A stretch of DNA of 64,000 nucleotides, from positions 124,001 through 188,000 of the forward strand of contig CM074808.1 of the NCBI GenBank assembly GCA_037447605.1. Direction: 5' to 3'. Positions 10,201 through 37,210 of the stretch are shown here, in pieces. Position numbers and translations under genes: made by a program. Positions within the stretch are counted from its first letter, which is position 1. Every line of letters starts with the position of its first letter. Under the pieces are notes generated by a model. It did not search any database. It was not told the origin of the DNA and saw nothing but the letters and a program-made list of their open reading frames with translations. This DNA comes from Zygnema circumcarinatum SAG 698-1b (taxonomy: Eukaryota; Plantae; Zygnematophyceae).

Positions 10201-11308
10201 CTTCTCCTCCTGTCCCTCCCCTCCCACCCCCGCCCCCACCGGCCGTGCTGCTAAATGCCTTCCCAAAGCCTCTCCCTCCACCTCCTCTTCCAACCGACTT
10301 CCCAAAGTGCGTTCTATGTGACTGTGACGGCGTTCTCAGTGACGGGGAATCAGAGCTCTGCGATCCAACGGCCGAAGCCGCCTCACCTCCTTCCATGGAA
10401 TAATCTCCGTCTGCATCTCGAAGCTCCTCCTTTGCATGTGACGCCTCCGTTCCGTTCACTCCGCTGCTTGCAACGTTAGGGTTAGCGTAAGAATTCACGT
10501 GAGGGTTCATGTCAGGGTGAGAACCTTTGGAGTTTGACTTTTTAGGGTTTGAGCTTCTCCCCAACCCTAACATTGCCTCTCTCCCCCTCGTCCTCATATA
10601 GGGCCCGCCGTCGTGCTGGTTATTCCTGACAGCCATGGCCTCCGGATTGCTGGAAGACCCTGAGGCTCGGCTCTCCTCCTCCTCGTCCGCTTTCAGAGCT
10701 TCCCTCGGCGCCGGCGTTCTATGCACTAAATCCCGTTCTACGGAATTTCTCCTCTGCTGCGCGACCTCGTATGTCCTGTTGGAATTTGAAGGGTGTCCCC
10801 TCCCCGCCCTTGTTCTCGCAGGACCTCCAAAGAAGCCTCGAGAATTTGCCGAAGCAGCTGCTCCCACCACTCCGTCCTCCCCCACCTCCGCCGTCCCACT
10901 GGTTTCTCCTCCTCCTCCCCCGCCATGGAAGCCCAGCCCATTGGCGCGACTCGCTGCAGAAGAAGCTCGAGTGGTAGGGACCGGCTGCTCGGCAGTAGTG
11001 AAGCCGGTCACAGTTTCCGCATTGGCAACGACGCTGTGACCTTCAAGAGGGGCCTGACTCCCTCCTCCTTCTCCTCTCTCTCCCACTTCCCCTCTCTCCC
11101 ACACCTCCCCTCTTAGTCCTCCCTCTCCTCTCTCGACCTCTCTCTCCGCTCCCTCCGCTTCGCCCTCTGCCCTCTCCCACCCTCTCCCTCTCCCTGCATT
11201 CGACGACTGCGAGGGCGGGCCAGCTGGCGCTGCCCTCCGCCCTCTCACCCGCGACGACTGCACGAGGGAAGGAAACTCCTCCGGACTCTGCTGAAAACTT
11301 TTCGACAT
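7273..11308 (-). CDS. TPT1: tRNA 2'-phosphotransferase Tpt1/KptA, 7 exons (11308-9723, 9409-9262, 8966-8877, 8583-8529, 8045-7923, 7718-7662, 7403-7273)
   Basis: Spliced product contains GLGRTLTAILRHRA...DGYV...DNKQRL...IRANQGHS...CVHGTY...GLSKMSRNHIHFA...ISGMRSSCEVLIFLD...KLYVSDNNVVLSEG. All introns are GT-AG with consistent phases. The start codon is inferred. Confidence 0.95.
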
Positions 11309-11828
11309 TCCGAAAGTCGCTGCCGCTGGTGGTGATAAGTTTGCGGAAATGGCTGAAATTCTAGCGGGAATACTACTGAAAGTATCTGCTGAAGGTACTG
11401 AAAATTTGGCAAAAAGGGCTGATGTCTGCGCAGGACGAAGGAGTGCTTTCGCTAGAGGTTCTGCTGAGGCGGGGCGGCCGCCTCTCTGATGCTGCTGCGG
11501 GAGGGGCAGCGCCCCGGGCCCGGCGGGGAGGCCATGCGCTGGGGAAACAAGAAGAGGGGACAAAGGGAGGCAAAGAGCCAGTCCGAGTCTTCGGCTCCTG
11601 CAACCGCGAAGGCTGAGCGTTGCAAGCAGTGAAAACACTGAACTGACACTGAAACTGAGATGGACTCGGTTGAACACAAGGGGGTTCAACCTGCCCTGCT
11701 AGTGAAGGGGGACCTTGAGGTTGTGCGGTTTGGAGGGATGACAGACCGGAGGCAGAGAGAAGCGGCAGCTTGCTGCAGTCTGCTGCTCACGCATCCCGCC
11801 AGAGCGAGAGAGCAAGAGAGCAAGAGAG

Positions 11829-11872
<44 letters not shown>

Positions 11873-11916
11873 GGGAAGCGTCGGGCGCGAAAGAACTTTT
11901 CCTTGAAGGATTTTTC

Positions 11917-12071
11917 GAAAGGGAATTACTATTTACACACCTTTTTGTCTAGATACGCACCTTTGTTTAAAAAAACGCCCCAATACTATAAAAACCCTAA
12001 AATAAAATTTGACAAGCAGAAAAAGGTGTGTATCTAGACGATAAAGGTGTGTAAATAGCATTTTCCTTTTC
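11917..12071. repeat. ~155-bp foldback (imperfect ~50-bp inverted repeat), possibly MITE-derived
   Basis: ATTTACACACCTTTTTGTCTAGATACGCACCTTT versus the reverse complement of AAAGGTGTGTATCTAGACGATAAAGGTGTGTAAAT. Similarity extends outward into the flanks. Confidence 0.7.
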
Positions 12072-13547
12072 GAACGGCGATGATCCGTGGTCTAGCAGGC
12101 GGGGCCGCGGGCGGGTCCCGGGCGGGCGGGCGGGCGGGCGCTGATTGGCCAGCGCGCCGGGAAACGCGCTGCGACGCTCGTACCGCGCCTCGCACATGCG
12201 CTGCCGACCTACGCGGCGCGCGGCCACCGTACGAAACGGATAGGACCACTAGCCTGCTACAGTACGGCCTACAGATGCTCAAAAATGTGAAAGTCAGAAA
12301 CGAAGCTTCAGATTTTGTGAACCGTCTCGGGGTGACATTTATCCTGCAAACTACAGACCACAAACTGCAAACCACAAACTGCAAACCGGCCGCGTTTGGT
12401 GCAGAGGTGCCGGACCGTACGGTAACGTTGGAAGGGGTCCCGAGTCTCCCGACCCGAAGCCACGGGCGGACGGGCCAGAAATGGTTTATGGCCAGAATCC
12501 GGAAACCGGCCGAGAGTTAGAAACCGACGTGGGAATGACGTCACTCAGTTGGCCCCTCGAGGGGCCCTCCTAAACCGGAAAACGCTTCACTTTTGAACAG
12601 CGATTCCGCGGCGCCGTACAAAACGGTACGGCCTGTCACAGACATAAGGACGCGTACCATTCTGTACGGCGCGTCGCAGCGGAGCGCCCGACGACGGCGT
12701 TGGTCGCAAGCAGGCGCGTACGGAACGCAACGTTCGGGACCGTACGGAGGGACAGAGGAGGAACACTGTACGGCACTATTAACTGCTCGTTGACTTGAGG
12801 TGTGCCCGCAAGGGCCGCAACGCGACTGACCGTACGTCACCGTACGGTATGATCGGATGGTAGCATGCGGGGGAGCTCTGAGCCATGGATGCATGCGCGG
12901 GCGCCATGCCATGCCATGGCTGGATCTCAACCCCGCCCTTTCGCCCTTTATCGGCATCGCCTTGTCTTGCCAGGCTCTCTTCTTCTTCGTCTCTGCATTT
13001 CGTCGCTGCTTTCTCCGGGTTGAGTGGAAGCCAGGCGTGCACTCGCCATGGTGGAGCTCAGCCCTGCAGAACTGCACAAGTAAGTAAGCACGTTTGACCG
13101 TCACGATAACCCCACGATTTCACATTGCTTTTGGGAGAAGGAGAAATGAACAATAGAACGGAGATGATCATGCGCCACCCAAATTCGCAAACCCAGTTGT
13201 CTAGATAGAAATTTTATTTTATGACGTCATCGCGACAGTTTGTACTGTACAAATGTATCTAATTTAGCGTTGAAGTGATCAAACTCCGCCTGTCAGCTTC
13301 CAAACACCCTAAAAACCCTAAAAACCCTAAAAACAGCAGAATGATGTTGACAATTATTGTCCCATTTCCCATTATTTCACATGGAAACATAGTTTCAGTA
13401 CGAGGAACAGTCATTACGGTTCCATAGATTCGATCAGATAGATTGTTTAAAGCTCTTTCGGTTTTCAGAAGTTTCTGATTATGTTGCTTTACAATGTTGA
13501 ACGGTGAATCTCACATAACTTCGCAGTCAAAAACCTCAAGGCAGTCG

Positions 13548-14467
13548 ATGAAATGGAACAGGGCGGAAAGGTGTGCTGAGCCGTTCCATGGGCCGGTGCT
13601 CTCAGTGGGGAGCCCTGAGCCCTAGAAATATTATGATGCAGCTTGGTGCTGGAGGAAGCGAAACTTCTCGAGGAAGTAAAGCAGAAGATCAAGAGTCAAC
13701 TTCACGAATTGAGAGTGAGCACTATCGAGACGGATGAGGCTTCATTCATAGGTTTAGGGTTCAGGATTTTAGGCTGGTTTTTTTAAGGCCGGATGTTTTA
13801 TGCACTACACCTTTCTTCGTCTCCAAATTTTTCCTTTTCCGGTTTTCGTCTAACATGCTGGCGCGTAAGTGATGCTTTTTAACTTTGAGTTGCATATATT
13901 GGACACACACTTATCTTAAAGTGTTAAATTAGCAACCCTTACCTTAAATTTGATTGTCTCGCACACGTTTTTTTACCTCTATTTCCACTTTTTCCGTATT
14001 TTTATAAACGCAGGTCGAGGAGGATGAGCTTCGACGCATTCTCGACAGGAGGCCGATTCCTGCCAGAACAGTTCTTCAGACAAATGAAGTGCCTGCTCCT
14101 CCCCCTTAAACCTTTAAAGGAACGTTTTTAGGAAACCTTGGAGTTTCTAAACCCCATCTATACCCCAAAACCCTAAATACCCTTCAACCATAAATTCACC
14201 CCTGTAACCTGGAATACTTTAATTCTACTAAAAATGCCCAATCGCGCAGTTTGTTTGAAACCGTATTCGAAGCTCATAGAATCATTACGTTCTCTACCAC
14301 TGACTCTGTTTCTGTGTTCGAGTTCAAATCCTAAAAGTTGGGGGAGCGAGCGAGGTGGTCGGCAGAAGGAGGTCGCTGCTGAGGTGGACACCTGCGACGA
14401 CATGGAAGACTTTCTTGAAGAGTTGGAGAGCAGCCTGATGGAGAGGGACGCACAACCCAGCAAGTAG
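13548..14467 (+). CDS. Small protein resembling SNAPC5/SNAP19 (exons 13548-13570, 13642-13714, 14014-14088, ~14366-14467; probable 5' exon ending ~13079)
   Basis: Phase-consistent splicing gives MKWNRAESLVLEEAKLLEEVKQKIKSQLHELRVEEDELRRILDRR...DDMEDFLEELESS. The LxxEExxLL...QLxxLxVEExxL pattern and acidic tail recall SNAP19. The gene model is firmer than the family call. Confidence 0.55.
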
Positions 14468-15360
14468 TGGGAGGCCACCCTATTTTTTTCGCTGTGAAAA
14501 AGGACAAGGCTATCTTGTCGGCGTCTCTATCTCTCTCTCTCCTCCCACTTCTCTCTCCCTCTCCCGCGCTCTCCATCTCCCTCTCCCTTACGAGTCCAAG
14601 TCCACTTTGTCGGACCCTTTGGACTTGTGTGGTCCTATGGGTTAACCAGGCAGGCTGGTCGCTCTGTAAAAGCCTTAGCTAAGGCGAGCAATAGAGAAAT
14701 AAATAAACGAAATCACTGGGGTCCTAGTTTGTTGTTTTTTCTTTTCCTTCTCCTTTCTCGGCGAGGCAAGCGCCGATTCGTAGGAAAGCACGGGGAGTTC
14801 GATCTGTCAAAACCCTGGCAGCCCTTGAAAGGCCTGGAACCCCGAGGGGTTCTTGTGAAGTCCACCACGTTCTTAGTCCCTTTTGTTGCGTATCTTGGCG
14901 ATGTACTACGCCTTTAGGACTGTCTAACACAAGGACCGACACCTCTAGTCATGGACGAAGGGCCACGACGAAAAAAGAGAAACTTCAAGCATTAGGCTGG
15001 AAACAATAGTTGTACTTTGCACACATTTTGGTACACACTTCTCGGATCCCTCTCCTTTTATCTCCGTCTCTCCTCTTCTCTATTGTCAACAATTTCATTT
15101 CACATAGGAGGGCCACCCTCCGCTATACGCTATTTCTAAGCTTTCCGTCCTACCCAAGCTAAATAGAGAAAAACAATGGCTAAGCAATGACGAACAGGTT
15201 TGCAATTCTCCTGCTCTCGAAGAGCCGCCGAATGCCTTACTAATATAGAAACGCTCCAGTGAGATCTAAAGACTTTATGGGTCAGAGGTTCAAAATCTGA
15301 CGTTTTCAGAGTCTATGGCTTTACAGTTTAAGGGTTTGAGACTTTCAAATCCGTGTCCCT

Positions 15361-17666
15361 TTAACCCCAAAAGATCTTCCGTAGAGAGTCGACCGTCCCA
15401 CACACACCGAATGTGACTCCAAAGACCACCAAAAACCAGTCAGCCGCGAACTCCACACTCTTGATGTCACGTCCCATCACCTTCAAATGCAGCAAAGCCG
15501 GAATCACAAAAGCCAAAAGGGAGCACGCGCTGCTTCCCACCAAAGAGAGGAAAATGCTGAATTGCGGGACGGCAGCCGCTATATATGCGACCAATAGAAC
15601 GGCGACGGCCCGTAATGCAGAGAACAGCGGAATGTGACTCTGTTCGCCGTTGCCGAGCTTTGCATGGAGCCACGGCGAGAGCGAGAGTCTCCGCTCGTAG
15701 ACCTCATAAACCGGATGCATCATCACCGGAAATGTGAAAAATAGGGCGACACAAATTCCTACCTTTACAGTACTCGCTACAAAGCCCCCTGGAAGGTTCA
15801 GCGTGATGATGTCACGCGTAATGTCACCAAAAGCTAAGTAGCCCATGCATCCAAACACGGCATATACAAAGACTATGATGGTCAGGGCTAGGGCTAGGGT
15901 GGTACCGAAGGTCGACTTATCCTTCATGGAAAGTTCGAGGGGGATTGTCATCCCTACGCCTTCAAAGGCGTAGACTGCAATCCCGAGGAAGAAGGGGATG
16001 CTCGAGGGGGAGGTGAAGGCGTGCGAGGTGCGACCCACCGCACTCAGTTCTTTGACGTCATAGAACACGACGACAGTTAGAGCTGCCAGTTTTACCAAAT
16101 CCGCGAAAAGGCTGCGCAAGGAAACAAGAAATTAAATCTATTTTTCTAAGGTATGATTCAAAAGGGGGTGGAACTGACGCCGTGATAAGGTTTAAAGGCC
16201 AGTCTCATTGATTGAGAGCGATTTAAAAAATGGTCTAAAGAATAGCACGCTAACATTGATATAAAGGAACCGGGGCTGAGGGGGGGGGGGGAGAGCACCT
16301 GAAAGGGGCCAAATAGGTGAGTGAGCGCAGCCACGAGAGCACGACCTCAGCAGGAGCTGCACATGGCCGAGCAACATTAATGACGTTCAGTTTCAATTCA
16401 GTTTCAGTTCAGTTTCAGTTCAGTTTTTGTAAGAAAGAGTTGAATGCGAGAGACCTATCCTAGCCTTGCAGCAAAAAAATTCAGTCTTCACTGTAACCCT
16501 AATTTTGGCACCAATTTCTAGCTTGAAAGCCAACTCTACCTATGGACTATGAAGAAAACTTACCCACACAAGCGATCACGAGAGCCTTCTTTGAGGAATT
16601 TTTAACCAGAATACTCGAAACGTTTTCACCAATGAATATCAAGTACGCGACGCAAAACCCTCCTTGTGAAATCAAGAGTAGAGAATCAATTAGGACATGC
16701 ACCCCGTTCCCATAAAGCCGCATTCCGAGATCACCAAACGTTGTGATGGGACGGCCCTCCACACATTCACTCTCGATCTTACGGCGGGTCCACACAAGCA
16801 GCATCATTCCCCTGATTTTAACAAAACCCGCGACAAAAAACGAGAATATGACAAGCATCATGGAGACAGCAGTTATAACACATTCAATCTTTTCGTGAAA
16901 ATTCGTATGGTATTCCAGATTTATCGCGGTTTTTTCAGTTGGTAGACTTTTCAAGTAAGCAGGGCTCCTCACAAATTTCAACGATCCTCTGAAGCTAGGG
17001 TTTCAAGAAATTGATCGTCAGCAAAGAAAAGTACAGGGTCTGTGAAGGCATCAGTGTGTATGTCTGTGGGAAAGACATGGGCATGGGCGAGCATGGGGAT
17101 GGAGAACGAGAGAGAATGGGGAAGAGAGGGAGAGAGAGGGGAAGAGAGAGGGAGAGAGAGAGAAACGTTTGATCAATAAATTGCATTGTTTGGGCTTTCT
17201 TACCAGTAACTGAGAACGGCAGCGAGAGAGAGGAGAAGCAGGCCCAAAAGCCATCCGCTTTGAGAAAATGCGTAGGGAAGTCCCAACACACCTGCCTGCA
17301 CGGCCACGCAAGGCCTAGAGACAACTGCATCAGAACGCTGCTCCACATCCCTCTCTCTTCTTCACTCTCCGTCTTTCCTCTCTCTTCCTCCCGCATTCAA
17401 ATGCTGACGCGCCTGCTTGTCCCGCTTCTCCTCCACCCTCCCCCTCCCCCTTTCCCTTTCCATCCAGCCCCCTCTCCCACTCCCTCCCACGCTCTCACCC
17501 CGATGATGGCGATGATAACATTTGCAAAAATGTACAGCGGCGACGATAAGGGCAGTTCGGCTGGTTTCAGCACAACCAGCGGCTCTCGGTCTACATCCCC
17601 CGCGTCCATGACTGCCGAGGGGCTCCGCCGCAGCCGAGGCAGCGCTGCTTCACACTCATATACCAT
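15361..17666 (-). CDS. AVT3: Amino acid transporter, AVT3/ANT (Aa_trans) family, multi-exon
   Basis: PLSSPLYIFANVIIAIIG|AGVLGLPYAF...TFGDLG...LISQGGFCVAYLIFIGEN...AVYAFEGVGMTIPLE...FFTFPVMMHPVYEVYERR...FLSLVGSS. Confidence 0.9.
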
Positions 17667-18004
17667 GCACAGCCTCCCCTCTCCTCCCTTCCCCTCCCCT
17701 CCCCTCCTCTCCTCTCCTCTCCTCTCCCTTCGACTCTCCCTCTCCTCTCCCTTCGACTCTCCCTCTCCCTGTGTCCCTCCGCTTCCAGTACCTCCAATTC
17801 CAAACCTCCCCTTGAAAGACTACTGTACCGTATCGGAAATTATCGAAATCGGAATACGAACGACACGATACAAAAGTATATAATACGATATGAATATGAT
17901 ATGATACTGCATGATACCAGTCCCTCGTGGTTCCACATTTTGCTTTTGTCCATGTACATTTTGATGGCCTCGCCATCTTGAGTTCAATGAAAATTTCACA
18001 GTTC

Positions 18005-18742
18005 GGACCAGTGGATCGGCAACCATTGGACAACCATTGGATGGCAATGGTTGGACGTCTACTGGTTGGCAATCAGTGGACTGGTTGTTTCGGTCCGCAA
18101 CCACTGGTTGGCAACCAGTCGAATGGTTATATCCATTAAATCAAATGGTTGGCAACCATTAAATCACTAGTTGTAGCGAACTGAACGCTACAGTTACCAA
18201 AATGTCGTCGGCGTTTCGGAGAAAACTATTACGGTTCGGCCGTACAAAATTCCCGTACAACCGTACGATTCTGCTGTACGAATCCGTACGCATCTGTACG
18301 CATCAGGCTTGTTACACTAGTTGTCAACGGTTGGCAACCAACCAAAAAACACAAACGACCCATTTTTGCAAAAAGGCATAATTTCAGAAATTCAATGGTT
18401 GCCAACCATTGGATCACTGGTTCCGAACCAGTCGAATGGTTGTTTCAGTCCTGCGCCACTGGTTCGCAACCAGTCGACTGGTTTCCAACCAGTGGATGCC
18501 ACTGGTTGGCAACCAGTCGAATGGTTGTTTCGATCCGGCGGCACTGGTTGCCAACCAGTCGAATGGTTGCCAACCAGTGGCATCCACTGGTTCCAAACCA
18601 GTCGACTGGTTGCCAACCAGTGGCATCCACTGGTTCCAAACCAGTCGAATGGTTGCCAACCATTGGCATCCACTGGTTGGCAACCAGTCGAATGGTTGTT
18701 TCGGTCCGCAACCACTGGTTGCCAACCAGTCGACTGGTTTGT
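18005..18742. repeat. Degenerate palindromic minisatellite (CCACTGGTTG(G/C)CAACCAGTCGAATGGTTG) in two blocks, ~18005-18135 and ~18385-18742
   Basis: Many visible ACTGGTT/AACCAGT and AACCATT/AATGGTT half-sites. Related motifs occur at ~36690-36770 and ~37795-37865. Confidence 0.85.
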
Positions 18743-19348
18743 CTAATGGTCCGATCTGTGGAAAATTTCCCCTTCTTTACTGCGTGATACGGTAGTCGTA
18801 GGGACCGTATTCCAGGACGGAATGTGGTTAGCGACCAAAGTCATTATTAATACAGTAATGGCCAATGGCAGTTGCGTCAGTTTCCCATGCAGCACCACGT
18901 GGACGTACATCTGGCGCAATGTGATTGGCAGCGCGGATCCCACGGGCTTCTGCCGACGTGTCAACCGTTGAAGGTCGGGATTCATGCGCGCGCAGCTACG
19001 AAAATCACGTGTAATGCAACTAAATGTTTCTTAACTGCAACACGGAACTGAACGTTGGATTTATCGGTTCCTTTCGGGTCCCTGCTCCGAAAAAGTCGTG
19101 GAGGCATCATCCAATCAGGAGGTGCCACTTGTAAGTCATCGAACACGTGGCGCGTTCTGACTGGATAACGCGCGCGGTTAAAGAGCTTGCAAGAGGAGAA
19201 GGGTGCTGCTGCTTCCAAGGTTCCAAGGGGCTTCCGTCTTGCAGCTGGCTGTTGCAAGCAGGGCTGGACGGGCTGGGGCTGGCTCTGGCGCCCCTGCAAG
19301 CTGCAAGGGCTGGAGGGAGACATGTTTATCTCACCATCATCATCATAC

Positions 19349-35899
<16,551 letters not shown>

Positions 35900-36939
35900 A
35901 GTGGTGGAGTGGGAGAAGAGGGGGAGGGGGAGAGCGAGGGAGAGGGAGAGGGAGAGGAAGAGGGAAGAGGGAGAGTGAGGGAAGGATGGGAGGCAAGTGG
36001 AAATTGGAAAAGTTTGAGGAGTATCCGTTATGGAAGAAAATCGTTGTCGAGTATCCTTTTTCTGGAGAAGTGTTCGTTCTCATGGAGCTTTCCGAATGCC
36101 TCGTTCTGTTCCTCTATGCGGTATATGAAGTCGCATGTGAACGCGACGGTGAAGGATGCGGAAGTCGGAACTGATGTTCTATGTTGTCAGTAACGGGATA
36201 GACAAAGACCTTGTTGCACGTGAAAATTGGAGCCGCTTGCTGCGCACATTTTTGCTTCTCGTTGATCTTATAGTTTTTCATGCCGCGTTGGGGCTCCAAC
36301 GGTTTTTTCAGAGGAAAGAGCTTGGCCTTGTATATAAGGAAACAGGTTCGATTGCAGGTTGCAATGTCAGTTTCAGTTGCAGATGTATTACACTTTTAAC
36401 AGTTGCTGGTTTCATTTGGCGAGCGTGAGTGCTGCCCCTTTTTGGTTCGCTTGTTGGTGCTTTTGAAAGGGTGGGGGGTGGGGGGGTGCCCGGCATTCGT
36501 AGTGTGAATGCAGCAGTAGGAAAGGTGGAGAGAGAGGAAGAGAGGGGCGAGAGGAGAGGAAAGAGGAAAGGAGGAAAATAAGCAAAGGTCGAGAGAGTGA
36601 GAGAGGCAGCGCAGCCCTTTTCTCTGCTTCGGACTTAAAACCATCGCCCGCACGATCAGTGGATGGACCCTTTCGACCCTGGACCCTTTCGCCCAGTGGA
36701 TCAACCATTGGAATGATTGGAACCATTGATCCGCGACCCAACCAACCGTTTGCCACTGGTTTTAAACTTTCCAATATTATCATTGCCGATTATTGTCATT
36801 TTCGAATTACTGGGTAGGGAGTTTTCCTAATTTAGTTAAGTTGTTCCAAAGTTTTTTTTAGTTAATTTGCAGCAGAACAGCGAATGTGCGTCGCTTCCAT
36901 ACAACATGAAACGGAATTCGAGTCCACCAGAAGTGCCGG

Positions 36940-37210
36940 CGTACAGAACGAAAGAAAATTCCTTTTGCATAATGTTGTGCGCGACGCGATTGCTGCGGTG
37001 GCGCAAGAGGCCGGCTTCCTTGTGCGCCGCGAGCCGAGCCGCATTGTGCCCCCTCGACCGACTGCTCGTGGCGAGCGCGGAGTTCGTCCTCATCTGGCCC
37101 TTCCTCATGGGCGCTGCTCGCCGCATGTTTGGGGATGTTGTGTTGTTGGCCGATCCGCCCCGTCGCGATTTGTCGTCGCGTTCAGCGCAGCGTGAAGGCG
37201 ATGAAAGGAG
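36940..37210 (+). mobile_element. Decayed fragment of a non-LTR retrotransposon (restriction-like endonuclease domain, CRE/R2-type)
   Basis: NERKFLLHNVVRDAIAAVAQEAGFLVRREP...RPHL, then in another frame DVVLLADP. This resembles the 'HN.vRD.ia...EAG..V.REP...RPD....DV.V.DP' signature of RLE elements. Frameshifted, with the catalytic PD changed to PH. Confidence 0.55.

Noticed and set aside
3961-17666. PAH and AVT3 as an aromatic amino acid metabolic cluster
   Set aside because: They are separated by unrelated genes and the transporter's substrate cannot be read from the sequence.
18005-18742. CRISPR-like array
   Set aside because: Eukaryotic context, degenerate tandem units without unique spacers, and no cas genes.
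18321-18795. Overlapping repetitive ORFs in several frames (WQPV/ATSG repeats)
   Set aside because: They arise from the minisatellite; there is no sign of splicing or a real protein family.
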